Positions 51,649 to 61,742 of a stretch of 64,000 nt of DNA are shown in pieces (position 1 is the stretch's first letter; the number at the start of each line of letters is the position of its first letter). The DNA lies in contig DAIDKO010000018.1 in the NCBI GenBank assembly GCA_027450005.1, positions 16,738 through 80,737 on the forward strand. The letters are read 5' to 3'. The notes under the pieces were generated by a model, which ran no database searches, was not told the DNA's origin, and was given only the letters and a program-made list of their open reading frames with translations. Made by a program: the position numbers and the translations under genes. This DNA is from Rhodanobacter sp. (GTDB taxonomy: Bacteria; Pseudomonadota; Gammaproteobacteria; Xanthomonadales; Rhodanobacteraceae).

Positions 51649-53112
51649 ATGAAACCGGCACTGCAATTCCGTCTGCACCAGCAGCTCACCCTGACGCCGC
51701 AACTGCAGCTGGCGATCCGCCTGCTGCAACTGTCGCAACTGGAGCTGGAGACGGAATTGCGGCAGATCGCCGAAGGCAACCCGCTGCTGGAATTCACCGA
51801 CGAAAGCGACGACGCCCCCGCTGACGACGAAGCCACTCCCGAAACCGAATACGTGCAGGCGCCCAGCGCACCCGAAACCGCCGCCGATGCCCACATGGAC
51901 AACGACGACAGCGCCGAATGGAGCGACGACGGCGGCGGCAGCGTCGAGACACCCATCGATTTCTCCGCCGGCAGCGGCGGCGGCAACGCTCGCGGCGACG
52001 AGGACTTCGAGCCGCAAAACGCTGCGCCCGAAACTCTGCAGCAACACCTGCTGTGGCAGCTGAACCTAGCCGGCTTCAATCCACGCCAGACCGCCATCGC
52101 CACGGTGATCATCGACGCTCTGAATGCCGACGGCTACCTCGCCGACGGCATCGAGGCGGTGCTCGCCGCGCTGCCGGCCGGCCTCGACGCCAGCCTTGGC
52201 GAAATCGAGGCGGTACGCCGCCGTCTGCAGGGCTTCGACCCGCTAGGCGTCGCCAGCCTCGACCTGCGCGACTGCCTGCGTAGTCAGTTGCAGCAGTTCG
52301 ACGACGCCACGCCGCAACGCGAACTCGCGCTGGCCATCGTGGAGAGCGAGCTGGAGCTGCTGGCGCGCAACGACATCGCGAAACTGGCGCGCAAGCTGCG
52401 CGCCGACGAAGAAGAGGTGGCCGCCGCGGCTGCACGGATCCGCAGCCTGGATCCACGACCAGGTGCCGCGCTGGACGCCACCCCGGTGGAATACGTGGCG
52501 CCCGACGTCTACGCCGTGCGCGAGGGCAACCGCTGGCAAGTGCGCTTGAATGCCGATGCGCAGCCGCGGCTGGGCCTCAACCAGCACTACTGCAACCTGA
52601 TCGCCCGTGCTCGCGGCGATGACGCCAGCTGGATGAAAGGGCAATTGCAGGAGGCGCGCTGGCTGCTGAAGAGCCTGGAATCACGTGCCGAGACCCTGCT
52701 CAAAGTGGCCGGTGCCATCGTGCGGCGGCAGAGCGCCTTCCTCGACTACGGCCCCGAGGCGATGCATCCACTGGTTCTGCGCGAGGTGGCCGAGGAAGTC
52801 GGCATGCACGAATCCACCATCTCGCGCGTCACCACGCGCAAGTACCTGCACACGCCGCGCGGCACCTTTGAGCTGAAGTATTTCTTCTCCAGCGGCGTTT
52901 CCACCGAGGACGGCGGCAGCGCCTCGGCCACCGCGATCCAGGCCATGCTGCGCAAGCTGATCGACGCAGAGGACCCGCGCAAACCGCTGTCCGACCAGGC
53001 GCTGGCCGCCGAGCTGAAAAGCAAAGGCATCCAGGTAGCGCGCCGCACCGTGGCCAAGTACCGCGAAGGCCTGCGCATTCCCAGTTCCAGCGAACGCCAG
53101 CGCAAGAACTGA
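51649..53112 (+). CDS. rpoN: RNA polymerase sigma-54
   Basis: LTPQLQ, HESTISR and RpoN box ARRTVAKYR. Confidence 0.98.
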   Translation: MKPALQFRLHQQLTLTPQLQLAIRLLQLSQLELETELRQIAEGNPLLEFTDESDDAPADDEATPETEYVQAPSAPETAADAHMDNDDSAEWSDDGGGSVETPIDFSAGSGGGNARGDEDFEPQNAAPETLQQHLLWQLNLAGFNPRQTAIATVIIDALNADGYLADGIEAVLAALPAGLDASLGEIEAVRRRLQGFDPLGVASLDLRDCLRSQLQQFDDATPQRELALAIVESELELLARNDIAKLARKLRADEEEVAAAAARIRSLDPRPGAALDATPVEYVAPDVYAVREGNRWQVRLNADAQPRLGLNQHYCNLIARARGDDASWMKGQLQEARWLLKSLESRAETLLKVAGAIVRRQSAFLDYGPEAMHPLVLREVAEEVGMHESTISRVTTRKYLHTPRGTFELKYFFSSGVSTEDGGSASATAIQAMLRKLIDAEDPRKPLSDQALAAELKSKGIQVARRTVAKYREGLRIPSSSERQRKN

Positions 53113-53243
53113 ATGGGGAACTTGCCTGCCGGAAAATCGCTCCCATGTCTGTAACGAAGGATGTTAGAAGGCGCGTCAGGGTCGACCGAGGCGCGTCCAT
53201 CCCGCCGCGAAACGCGGCACGGCACCACCAGAGGAGGCGTACC

Positions 53244-53567
53244 ATGCAATTCCAACTCAGCGGCCAGCAGATCGAAGTCACTCCTGCGCTGCGGCAACAC
53301 GTCGAGTCCCGGCTCGACCGCCTCCACCGCCTCGACGACAAACTGATCAGCCTTGCCGTGGTCCTTTCGGTGGACAAGCTTCGACATCGCGCGGACGCCA
53401 CGTTGGGTGTCAAGGGTGCCACGCTGCATGCCGAGGCCGCCGAGACCGACATGTACGCGTCCATCGACTGCCTGTTCGAAAAGCTCGTCTCGCAGTTGCG
53501 CCGCCACCACGAGAAGGTTTCCGACAAGCACCACCGCACCACGCGCGCCGAACCCCAGTACGGCTGA
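53244..53567 (+). CDS. hpf: Ribosome hibernation promoting factor
   Basis: GQQIEVTPALR and DMYASID; RBS GAGGAGG; follows rpoN. Confidence 0.93.
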   Translation: MQFQLSGQQIEVTPALRQHVESRLDRLHRLDDKLISLAVVLSVDKLRHRADATLGVKGATLHAEAAETDMYASIDCLFEKLVSQLRRHHEKVSDKHHRTTRAEPQYG

Positions 53568-53576
53568 TGCGCGCCC

Positions 53577-53603
53577 GCAGGCCGCCCGCGGCGGGCGGCC
53601 TGC
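53577..53603 (+). terminator. Perfect GC hairpin after hpf
   Basis: GCAGGCCGCCCGC-g-GCGGGCGGCCTGC with a weak pyrimidine tail. Confidence 0.5.
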
Positions 53604-53697
53604 CTCTCCTCCCAGCACAGCCCTGGCCCAAGCTGGCACAATGGCCGCTGCCCCGCCGTGAGGCTCACTCGCGGCGCGCGACGCAGAGGACCGTAGC

Positions 53698-54648
53698 TTG
53701 GATCGCCTCACCGCACGACAACTCTTCGACAGCGTCAACGAGCGCATGGCGCTGCGCTGGATCGCCGGCATGCGCGGCGAATCGCGCATGCTGGAGCCCG
53801 GCGCGGCGCATGCGCGCCGGCCTTCGCTGATTGGCTACCTCAACGTCATCTATCCGAACAAGGTGCAAATCATCGGTTCGGAGGAGCTGAACTTTCTCGA
53901 TGCCATGGATTCACGCCAGCGCTGGGAAGCGATCCACAAGATCGCCGCCACCCGGCCGGTGGCGCTGATCGTCACCAAGGACCAGGCGGTACCTCCGGAC
54001 CTGCGCGAGGTGGCCGAGGAAACCGACACGCCGCTGTGGGTCAGCTCCAAACGCGGCCACGAGCTGCTGACCTTCCTCCAATACCACCTCGCGCGCCAGC
54101 TGGCGGCTAAGCTCACCCTGCACGGCGTGTTCCTGGAAGTGTTCTCGATCGGCGTACTGATCACCGGCGAAGCGGGCTCCGGCAAGAGCGAGCTGGCACT
54201 GGAACTGATCAGCCGCGGCCACCGCTTGGTCGCCGACGACGCTACCGAGTTCACCCTGATCGCACCGGACGTGATCGACGGCACCTGCCCGGAACTGTTG
54301 CAGGACCTGCTGGAAGTGCGCGGCCTCGGCGTGCTCAACGTGCGCGAGATGTTCGGCCACATGTCGGTGAAGCCGTCCAAGTACCTGCGCCTAGTGATCC
54401 ATCTCAAGCCGCTGCGTGACGGCGAGGACATCGACGCGCTCACCCGCCTCACCGGCGACACCGGCCACCGCGAGGTATTCGACGTGCAGGTGCCGATGAT
54501 TACCATCCCGGTGGCGCCGGGCCGCAACATCGCCGTGCTGGTCGAGGCCGCCGTGCGCAGCCATGCGCTGAAGAGCAAGGGCATCGACCCCGCACAAACG
54601 TTCATCGACCGCCAGGCGCACCAGTTGCGCCGGCTGCCGCCATGGTGA
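53698..54648 (+). CDS. hprK: HPr(Ser) kinase/phosphorylase
   Basis: [18 protein letters not shown] and LEVRGLG; TTG start. Confidence 0.95.
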   Translation: MDRLTARQLFDSVNERMALRWIAGMRGESRMLEPGAAHARRPSLIGYLNVIYPNKVQIIGSEELNFLDAMDSRQRWEAIHKIAATRPVALIVTKDQAVPPDLREVAEETDTPLWVSSKRGHELLTFLQYHLARQLAAKLTLHGVFLEVFSIGVLITGEAGSGKSELALELISRGHRLVADDATEFTLIAPDVIDGTCPELLQDLLEVRGLGVLNVREMFGHMSVKPSKYLRLVIHLKPLRDGEDIDALTRLTGDTGHREVFDVQVPMITIPVAPGRNIAVLVEAAVRSHALKSKGIDPAQTFIDRQAHQLRRLPPW

Positions 54649-54652
54649 CCCC

Positions 54653-55555
54653 ATGAACGACGTTTCCATCGCAGCGTCCAGCCCGTTTTCCAATCCGCAC
54701 GAGACGCATCTGGTCGTGCTGACCGGCATGTCCGGCGGCGGCAAAACCGTGGCGCTGCGCGCGTTGGAAGACCTGGACTTCTACTGCGTGGACAACCTGC
54801 CGCCCTCGCTGCTGCCACAGCTGGTGGAGGCGGCGGGACGCGGTGCGGGGCGCCATCGGCGCATCGCGGTGGGCGTGGACGTACGCAACCGCGGTGCCGA
54901 TCTCGAACGCCTGCCCGAGGCGCTGTCTGCACTGGCCGCGAGTGGCGTGCAGCTGCACCTGATCTTCCTGGACTGCAGCGATGCCGTGCTGCTGAAGCGC
55001 TACTCGGAAACCCGCCGCCGGCACCCGCTCGCCTCGCGCGGCAAGTCGCTGGCCAGCGCCATCGCCGAAGAACGCCATCTGCTACGCCCGCTGATGGCGA
55101 TCGCCGAGAAGGTGATCAACTCCAGCGAGCTCAACGTGCACCAGTTGCGCCGGCTGGTCGCCACCGGCTATGCGCAGGCCACCGAGGGCATGACCCTGAT
55201 GTTCCAGTCCTTCGCATTCAAGCGCGGATTGCCGCTGGATTCGGATTTCGTGTTCGACGCGCGCTGCTTGCCCAATCCGCACTGGCAGCCGAAGCTGCGG
55301 CCGTTGTCCGGCAAGGACGCTCCGGTGCGCGATTACCTCGACGCCGAGCCATTGGTAACCGACTACCTGGCCGACATCATGCGCTGGCTGGACACCTGGC
55401 TGCCGCGCTTCGAACAAGACGACCGCAGCTACGTCACCATCGCGATCGGCTGCACCGGCGGCCGCCACCGCTCGGTGTACCTGGTCGAGCAGCTCGCCGC
55501 GCACTACCGCGAAACACGCGAAAGCGTGCTCACCTTCCACCGTGAACTGGACTGA
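54653..55555 (+). CDS. rapZ: RNase adapter RapZ
   Basis: TGMSGGGK, CVDNLP, DARCLPNP and GCTGGRHRS. Confidence 0.96.
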   Translation: MNDVSIAASSPFSNPHETHLVVLTGMSGGGKTVALRALEDLDFYCVDNLPPSLLPQLVEAAGRGAGRHRRIAVGVDVRNRGADLERLPEALSALAASGVQLHLIFLDCSDAVLLKRYSETRRRHPLASRGKSLASAIAEERHLLRPLMAIAEKVINSSELNVHQLRRLVATGYAQATEGMTLMFQSFAFKRGLPLDSDFVFDARCLPNPHWQPKLRPLSGKDAPVRDYLDAEPLVTDYLADIMRWLDTWLPRFEQDDRSYVTIAIGCTGGRHRSVYLVEQLAAHYRETRESVLTFHRELD

Positions 55556-55594
55556 GACGATGGCGCTGCGACGCAAGCGGACCGGAGCTCAGCC

Positions 55595-55993
55595 ATGAGC
55601 GTAGGCGTGCTGCTGATGACGCACGAGGCGATCGGTCAGGCTCTGATCTCCGCCGCCCACCACGTCATGCCCAAATTGCCGCTCAAGCTCGAAGCGGTGG
55701 AAGTACCGCCGGAGGCCGACCCCGACGTGATGCGCACGCTCACCGCACGCCACGCACGCTCGCTCGACCAGGGCGAAGGCGTGCTGGTGCTGGCCGACCT
55801 ATATGGCGCGACTCCATGCAACATCGGGCTGTCGCTGAGCTCGCTGGGCGTGCGCCTGCGCTGCGTCTCCGGGCTCAACCTGCCGATGCTGCTGCGCGTG
55901 CTCAACTATCCCGAAAAGCGGCTGGACGAACTGGCCGAGATCGCGGCCAGCGGCGGCCGCGGCGGAATCTTCATCGACCGGGCTTGTCAATGA
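55595..55993 (+). CDS. PTS EIIA-mannose family component
   Basis: LLMTH, DLYGATP and GLNLPML. Confidence 0.92.
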   Translation: MSVGVLLMTHEAIGQALISAAHHVMPKLPLKLEAVEVPPEADPDVMRTLTARHARSLDQGEGVLVLADLYGATPCNIGLSLSSLGVRLRCVSGLNLPMLLRVLNYPEKRLDELAEIAASGGRGGIFIDRACQ

Positions 55994-56088
55994 ACCTGCG
56001 CATGCCACCCCACCACCGTACTCCCTTGACCCGCGCGCGAATCGCACCTGACACATAGCAGCCGAGGATCACGGACAGGCTCCCATCC

Positions 56089-56358
56089 ATGCTCGAAAAA
56101 GAAATCGTCGTCTCCAACAAGCTCGGCCTGCACGCGCGCGCCTCGGCCAAGCTGGTGCAGCTGGTGCAGGGCTACCAGTCCACCGTGCTGCTGCTCAGCC
56201 GCGGCCGCGAAGTCAACGCACAGAGCATCATGGGCGTAATGATGCTGGCGGCTGGCATCGGCACGCCGCTGACAATCCGCACCGAAGGCCCGGACGAACA
56301 GGCCGCGCTGGATGCGGTGGCCGACCTGTTCGACCGCAAGTTCGACGAGGGAGCGTAA
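56089..56358 (+). CDS. ptsH: Phosphocarrier HPr
   Basis: GLHARAS (His15) and NAQSIMGV (Ser46). Confidence 0.95.
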   Translation: MLEKEIVVSNKLGLHARASAKLVQLVQGYQSTVLLLSRGREVNAQSIMGVMMLAAGIGTPLTIRTEGPDEQAALDAVADLFDRKFDEGA

Positions 56359-56363
56359 TTGCG

Positions 56364-58094
56364 ATGAGGTACGTCCTGCCCGGCACCCTCGCCTCCCGCG
56401 GCATGGCGCTGGGCCGCGCGCGCCTGGTACAGCCCAGCCGCTACGCGGTGGACAACCGCCCACTGGCCGAGGACGAGGTCGAGGCCGAGCTGGAGCGGCT
56501 GCACCGTGCGCTGGATACCGCCCGGCAGGAACTGCGCGAACTGCGCGGTAAACTGCACGGCGCGCTGGCACGCGAGGTCAACGAATTCATCGACGCGCAC
56601 AGCCTGCTGCTGGACGACGCCGAATTGCTGCGTGGCCTCGACGACCTGGTACGGATCGGCCACTATCGCGCCGGCGCCGCGCTAAAGAAGCAGCGCGACC
56701 GGCTGGCCGCGGTGTTCGAGGCGATGGACGATCCCTACCTGCGCAGCCGCAAGGAGGACGTCGACCAGGTCATCGCCCGCGTGGTCTCGGTACTGCAACG
56801 CCACACCACGCCGGAGGAACGCAAACTCGCCGCACGGGTGGGCGAGGTCCTGATCGCCGACACGATCGCTCCGGCCGACATGGCACATCTCGCCGGCAAC
56901 GGGCTGCTCGGCGTGATTACCAGCTCGGGCAGCGCGTATTCGCACAGCGCCATCCTCGCGCGCAGCCTCGGACTGCCGATGCTGGTGGGCGCGCGGGACG
57001 CGTTGTCGCTGCTGCACGACGAAGACCTGGTGCTGATCGACGCCGACCGCGGCGAGGCGATCGTGCATCCCACTGCGCAGGATCTCGCCCGCTACCGCGC
57101 GTGGCAGCGCGAAGCCGCCGCGGAAGGCCGCCGCCTCGCCACCCTGGCCAATGCGGCCACGCGCACCCGCGACGGCGCGCCAATCCTCCTGTTGGCGAAT
57201 GCCGAGACCCCTGCCGACGTGGCGCTGGCGCGCAGCCGCGGCGCCGATGGCGTGGGCCTATACCGCACCGAATTCCTGTTCCTGCGCCACAAGGGCCTGC
57301 CCACCGAGGACGAGCAGTTCAACGCCTACCGCGACCTCGTGCTGGGCATGGGCGGACTGCCCGTAACGATCCGGACGCTCGACCTTGGCGCCGATAAGGC
57401 CGACGCCGCGGGCCTGGTGCTGCGCGGCGAGGATAACCCAGCGCTGGGCGTGCGCGGCGTGCGCCTGTCGCTGCGCTACCCCGCGGTGTTCACCACGCAG
57501 ATCCGCGCCATCCTGCGCGCCGCCTGCTACGGCCCTGTGCGCGTGCTGGTGCCGATGGTCACCCAGCCCGACGAACTGATCGCGGTACGCACGCTGTTCA
57601 AGCTGGCGCGGCAGGACCTGAAGCGCGAGAACATCGATCTGCCGGAGAAGCTGCCGCTGGGCGCAATGATCGAGGTGCCCGCCGCCGCGATCAACGTGCG
57701 CGCACTGCTGGAACACGCCGACTTCCTCGCCATCGGCACCAACGACCTTGCCCAGTACGTGCTCGCCGCCGACCGCGGCAACGACGCGCTGGACAACATC
57801 TACACACCGCTGCAGCCTGCCCTGCTGCGCCTGCTTTCGCACGTCATCGGCGCCGGCCGCCGTGCCAGGAAGCCGGTCAGCCTGTGCGGCGAGATCGGCG
57901 GCGACACGAACTTCACCGCGATGCTGCTCGCGCTCGGCCTGACCGAATTCAGCATGCACCCCAGTCAGTTGCTGCAAGTACGCGACCGCCTCGCCGTGCT
58001 GGACCACGGCATTTTGCGCAACCATGCCGCACGCCTGTTGCGCGCCACCACCCACGAGCACGTCGCCGAGCTGCTAGCGCAGCTGGAGGACTGA
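56364..58094 (+). CDS. ptsI: PTS enzyme I (no GAF domain)
   Basis: SHSAILAR, GLYRTEFL, IGTNDL and CGE; 576 aa. Confidence 0.93.
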   Translation: MRYVLPGTLASRGMALGRARLVQPSRYAVDNRPLAEDEVEAELERLHRALDTARQELRELRGKLHGALAREVNEFIDAHSLLLDDAELLRGLDDLVRIGHYRAGAALKKQRDRLAAVFEAMDDPYLRSRKEDVDQVIARVVSVLQRHTTPEERKLAARVGEVLIADTIAPADMAHLAGNGLLGVITSSGSAYSHSAILARSLGLPMLVGARDALSLLHDEDLVLIDADRGEAIVHPTAQDLARYRAWQREAAAEGRRLATLANAATRTRDGAPILLLANAETPADVALARSRGADGVGLYRTEFLFLRHKGLPTEDEQFNAYRDLVLGMGGLPVTIRTLDLGADKADAAGLVLRGEDNPALGVRGVRLSLRYPAVFTTQIRAILRAACYGPVRVLVPMVTQPDELIAVRTLFKLARQDLKRENIDLPEKLPLGAMIEVPAAAINVRALLEHADFLAIGTNDLAQYVLAADRGNDALDNIYTPLQPALLRLLSHVIGAGRRARKPVSLCGEIGGDTNFTAMLLALGLTEFSMHPSQLLQVRDRLAVLDHGILRNHAARLLRATTHEHVAELLAQLED

Positions 58095-58121
58095 GCGCCC
58101 GGCCACTGGTCCCGACAGCGC

Positions 58122-59012
58122 TCACGCCGCCGACCCCGCCTGCGCGATGAATGCTTCCAGCAACGCGCCGCGGTACTTCTGCCGGTGCATCAGCATCGAC
58201 AGCTTGCGCCGCAGGTCGAGGAACGGCGTCCTCAAAGCCTTAAGCCGCCCAGTGGCGAGCGCGTCGACCACCGCCACCTGCGGCAGGCAGGCAATGCCCA
58301 GACCAGCGATCACCGCCTGCTTGATCGCTTCGATCTGATCCAGTTCCAGCACCGTCTCGCCGGGCGGCAATTGGGCGAGCACGCGCTCGCTGGTGGCGCG
58401 GGTGGCCGAACCAGGCTCGCGCATCACCCAGCGAGCGCCGGCGAAGTCGGCCGGCTTCAGGCCAAGCTTGCGCGCAAGCGGGTGATCAGGCGGCGCGCAC
58501 ACCACCAGCAGGTCGTCGCGCCACGGCCGCACCTCCAGTTGCGGATGCGTCACCGGCCCCTCCACACAGCCCAGGTCGAGGCTGTGCTCCAGCATCGCCG
58601 CAGCGATGGCATCGGTGTTCGCTACCCGCAGGCGGATCCCTACCTGAGGGTGCGCGCGCACGAATTCGCCCAGCAACTCACCCACACGGTAATTGCCCAC
58701 CGTATTGCTGGCGCCGATGCGCAGCTCGCCGGAGAACGCGTCGCCATCCTCGCGGCCGCGTCGCGCGAATTCGGCGTGGCGCTCCAGCAGCTCCTGCGCC
58801 AGCGGTAGTAATTCGCGGCCGCGCGGGTTGAGCCGCAGCCGGCCGCGCTCGCGGGCGAACAGCGGCGCATCGAGTTGCCGCTCCAGTTCGGCCAGCGCCA
58901 TGCTGGCCGCCGGCTGGGTCATGTGCAGGCGTTCGGCGGCGGCACGCACGCTCCCTAGCAGCGCGATCTGCACGAACAACCTGATTTGGCGCGGGCTGAT
59001 GTTATTCATCAT
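58122..59012 (-). CDS. LysR family regulator (YeiE/CysL-like)
   Basis: HTH with TQPAAS, GASNTVGNY and REPGSATR; divergent from yeiH. Confidence 0.92.
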   Translation of the reverse strand: MMNNISPRQIRLFVQIALLGSVRAAAERLHMTQPAASMALAELERQLDAPLFARERGRLRLNPRGRELLPLAQELLERHAEFARRGREDGDAFSGELRIGASNTVGNYRVGELLGEFVRAHPQVGIRLRVANTDAIAAAMLEHSLDLGCVEGPVTHPQLEVRPWRDDLLVVCAPPDHPLARKLGLKPADFAGARWVMREPGSATRATSERVLAQLPPGETVLELDQIEAIKQAVIAGLGIACLPQVAVVDALATGRLKALRTPFLDLRRKLSMLMHRQKYRGALLEAFIAQAGSAA

Positions 59013-59056
59013 TAAATCTTATACCAACAATAATATATTCAAAGTTTTCCTTATTG
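59013..59056. promoter_or_regulatory. AT-rich divergent promoter/LysR operator region
   Basis: Sharply AT-rich island between the LysR gene and yeiH in a GC-rich background. Confidence 0.6.
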
Positions 59057-59071
59057 AAGGTGAAGAGGACA

Positions 59072-60118
59072 ATGAACCCATCCATCCGGAGCCACCCCAT
59101 GAACGCCTTGTCCGCCAGCGCCAAACCCACCCTGCTTGATCGCACGCCCGGGCTGCTGCTCGCCGTCGCCATCGCACTACTCGCCTGGTGGCTGGGGCGG
59201 CTACTGCCGCTGATCGGCGGACCGGTGATCGGCATCCTGCTTGGCATCGCCATACGCAACACCATCCCACCGGATGCGCGCTTCAGCCACGGCATAGCGT
59301 TCGCCGGCAAACAGGTGCTGCAATGGTCGATCATTGCGCTGGGCTTCGGCCTCAGCCTCACCCAGGTGGCGAAGACCGGACTCGAATCGCTGTCGGTGAC
59401 CCTCGTGACGCTGACCACCGCCTTCCTCAGCGCCTGGGCACTGGGCCACTGGCTGGGTGTACACGACAAGCTGAAGATCCTGATCGGCGTCGGCACCGCG
59501 ATTTGCGGCGGCTCGGCGATCGCCGCGGTGACGCCGATCATCAAGCCTGACGAGCACGACACCGCCTTCGCAATCTCCACCATCTTCCTGTTCAACGTGG
59601 TGGCGGTGCTGTTGTTCCCGCTGCTCGGCCACCTGTTGCACCTCAGCGACCTGGGCTTCGGCCTGTGGGCCGGAACCGCCATCAACGACACCTCGTCGGT
59701 GGTCGCCGCAGGCTACAGCTACAGCCATGCGGCGGGCGACTACGCCACCATCGTCAAGCTAACCCGCGCCACGCTGATCATCCCGATCTGCCTGATCCTG
59801 GCCTTCGCAGTGGCCGCGCGCGAAAAGAAGAAGGGCACCACCTACTTCAGCCTGCGTCGCATCTTCCCCTGGTTCATCCTGTGGTTCCTGGTCGCCTCGG
59901 CGCTACGCACCGCCGGTCTGGTTCCCGCGGTCATCCTGCCCGTGCTGCACGTCGCCGCCGAGTTCCTGATCATCGTGGCGCTTACCGCGATCGGCCTGTC
60001 AGCCAACCTGCGCAAGATGATCGCCAGCGGCCCGCGACCGATCCTGCTGGGGCTAGGCGTGTGGGCAGCGGTGTCGGTGAGCAGCCTGCTGGTGCAACTG
60101 GTGATCGGGCAACTCTGA
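59072..60118 (+). CDS. YeiH family putative sulfate/sulfite exporter
   Basis: GTAICGGSAI, AGTAINDTSSV and VKLTR; RBS GAGGA. Confidence 0.92.
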   Translation: MNPSIRSHPMNALSASAKPTLLDRTPGLLLAVAIALLAWWLGRLLPLIGGPVIGILLGIAIRNTIPPDARFSHGIAFAGKQVLQWSIIALGFGLSLTQVAKTGLESLSVTLVTLTTAFLSAWALGHWLGVHDKLKILIGVGTAICGGSAIAAVTPIIKPDEHDTAFAISTIFLFNVVAVLLFPLLGHLLHLSDLGFGLWAGTAINDTSSVVAAGYSYSHAAGDYATIVKLTRATLIIPICLILAFAVAAREKKKGTTYFSLRRIFPWFILWFLVASALRTAGLVPAVILPVLHVAAEFLIIVALTAIGLSANLRKMIASGPRPILLGLGVWAAVSVSSLLVQLVIGQL

Positions 60119-60138
60119 GGCAGCGAGGCCACCATTGC

Positions 60139-60682
60139 ATGGATTCCGGGACGCTTCAGGCCTACGACGCAGACGCAGCGGGATTCGAAAGGGAATGGCA
60201 TGCCCAGAAGCCGCCGGATGACATGTATGATGTCCTATTGCGCCATTTCCGGCCGGGCCCGACCGCGGATGTAGGGTGCGGATCCGGGCGCGAAGTCGCA
60301 TGGCTTGCCGCCAACGGCTTCCCCACCTTGGGTTTCGACGCGCCCTCCGCACTGCTGCGCGAAGCGCGGACCCGATACCCAGACCTCGATTCGCCCAGGC
60401 AGCCCTACCCGACCTTGTCGGCGTCGAGAAGGGTCGATTCGCGAACGTGCTGTGCGAAGCCGTCCTGACGCACCTGCCGCCGGAGCGCTCTAAATGAGTT
60501 AGCGCGTTGGTGAATCCACATCGCAGCGCGACGGACATGGACACCTGTATTCCGCATTCGACAGACCCGCCGTGACCGACGCCTGAACCGATGACGCCTC
60601 GCTCCTTTTCGATGAGGGAAACCTCAGCGTGCCCTCGGGCTAGAAGGTGCACCGGCTGATCGCAAGAAATTACCCCGTCTGA
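60139..60682 (+). pseudogene. Class I SAM-dependent methyltransferase pseudogene
   Basis: DVGCGSGR motif; frameshift near 60390 into FAQAALP..NVLCEAVL.HL; apparent internal deletion; C-terminal remnant QRDGHGHLYSAFD...KVHRLIAR with two stops. Confidence 0.8.
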
Positions 60683-60703
60683 GTACGCGTTTGCGCAACA
60701 CCA

Positions 60704-61408
60704 TCACGGAACCGGCTTGCCCTGTTCCGCCAGCGTCAACGCCACCTTGTCGCGCAGGTACACCGGCAAGGCCTGTTCCGGTGCATGCGCATGGCCGGCC
60801 CTGAACTCGCGGGCGGCGAGCTCGGCCACGTGCTTGGCCTGCGGGTAGCAGGCCCCGTCGGCGTGGCGCAGCTCGCCGCCGAGCCGTTCGCGCAGCACCG
60901 TTCCATAGGTGGCCCAGCCGCTCCCCACTACCTGCCATGCCGCCGCTTCCGGCAGCCGCAGCGCATCGGCGCTACAGACGCGCTCGTCGTCCAACGCGAC
61001 CAGTTCGCCCGTGCCGTCGCGTCGGTAACTGGCGGCATAGATCTCGCCCATGCGCGCATCGATCACGGCGAGGATGACGGTGTCGTCATCGCCGTCGTCC
61101 GGCGCTTCCAGCGCCAGCGCGGCCAGCGAGGAAACGGTGACCACCGGCAGGTCCAATGCCAGCGCCATGCCCTGCGCCAGCGACACGGCCAGGCGCACGC
61201 CAGTGAATGCACCGGGGCCGCGGCCGACCGCGATAGCATCCAGTGCCCGGCGGGCCAGGCCTGCCTCGGCCAGCAGCTCATCCGCCATTGGCAGTACGCG
61301 CTCGGCATGTCGACGCGGCGCGAGTTCGCTGCGGGCGATCACTTCGTCGCCGTGGATCAGGGCGACGGAGCAGGCTTCGGTGGCGGTTTCGATGGCAAGC
61401 AGGTTCAT
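60704..61408 (-). CDS. tsaB: tRNA threonylcarbamoyladenosine biosynthesis protein TsaB
   Basis: LAIETAT, GPGAFTGVR, DARMGE and PVYLR. Confidence 0.96.
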   Translation of the reverse strand: MNLLAIETATEACSVALIHGDEVIARSELAPRRHAERVLPMADELLAEAGLARRALDAIAVGRGPGAFTGVRLAVSLAQGMALALDLPVVTVSSLAALALEAPDDGDDDTVILAVIDARMGEIYAASYRRDGTGELVALDDERVCSADALRLPEAAAWQVVGSGWATYGTVLRERLGGELRHADGACYPQAKHVAELAAREFRAGHAHAPEQALPVYLRDKVALTLAEQGKPVP

Positions 61409-61638
61409 GGTTTCTCCATGATAGCCGCAGGCAGCCCGCCCAAGGCCGGCGTGCAGGCGTACCAGTCGATGCGGCGGGTGAGGTAAATCAGCGGCGCCAC
61501 AGTTGTCAGCAGCACCAGCGCGCCGACCGGCAGGGCGTATGGGTCGGCGGCGACGAGGCCATAGAGCTTCGCGTCGGTGAGCGCCAACACACCGATGCCC
61601 AGCACTTTGGCTGTCGCCGTGTGCATCCATGGGCCCAT
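61405..61638 (-). pseudogene. creD: Internally deleted creD (77-aa open ORF)
   Basis: N-terminal TAKVLGIGVLAL joined in frame to the CreD C-terminal signature LYGLV...YAL.VGALVL...YLTRRIDWY. Confidence 0.7.
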
Positions 61639-61742
61639 CGCAGGCTACCCGTGGTTCGGAGCGTGCATCACAGCAGCATGCGATGCCTTGGCGCGGGCGA
61701 CAGCGGCCCCTGCGCGAGCAGCCCCATGGTCTTGCGGGGCAA

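Noticed and set aside
53633-53650. Sigma-54 site TGGCAC-N5-CCGC upstream of hprK
   Set aside because: The -12 element deviates from TTGC, and GG-N10-GC is frequent by chance in GC-rich DNA
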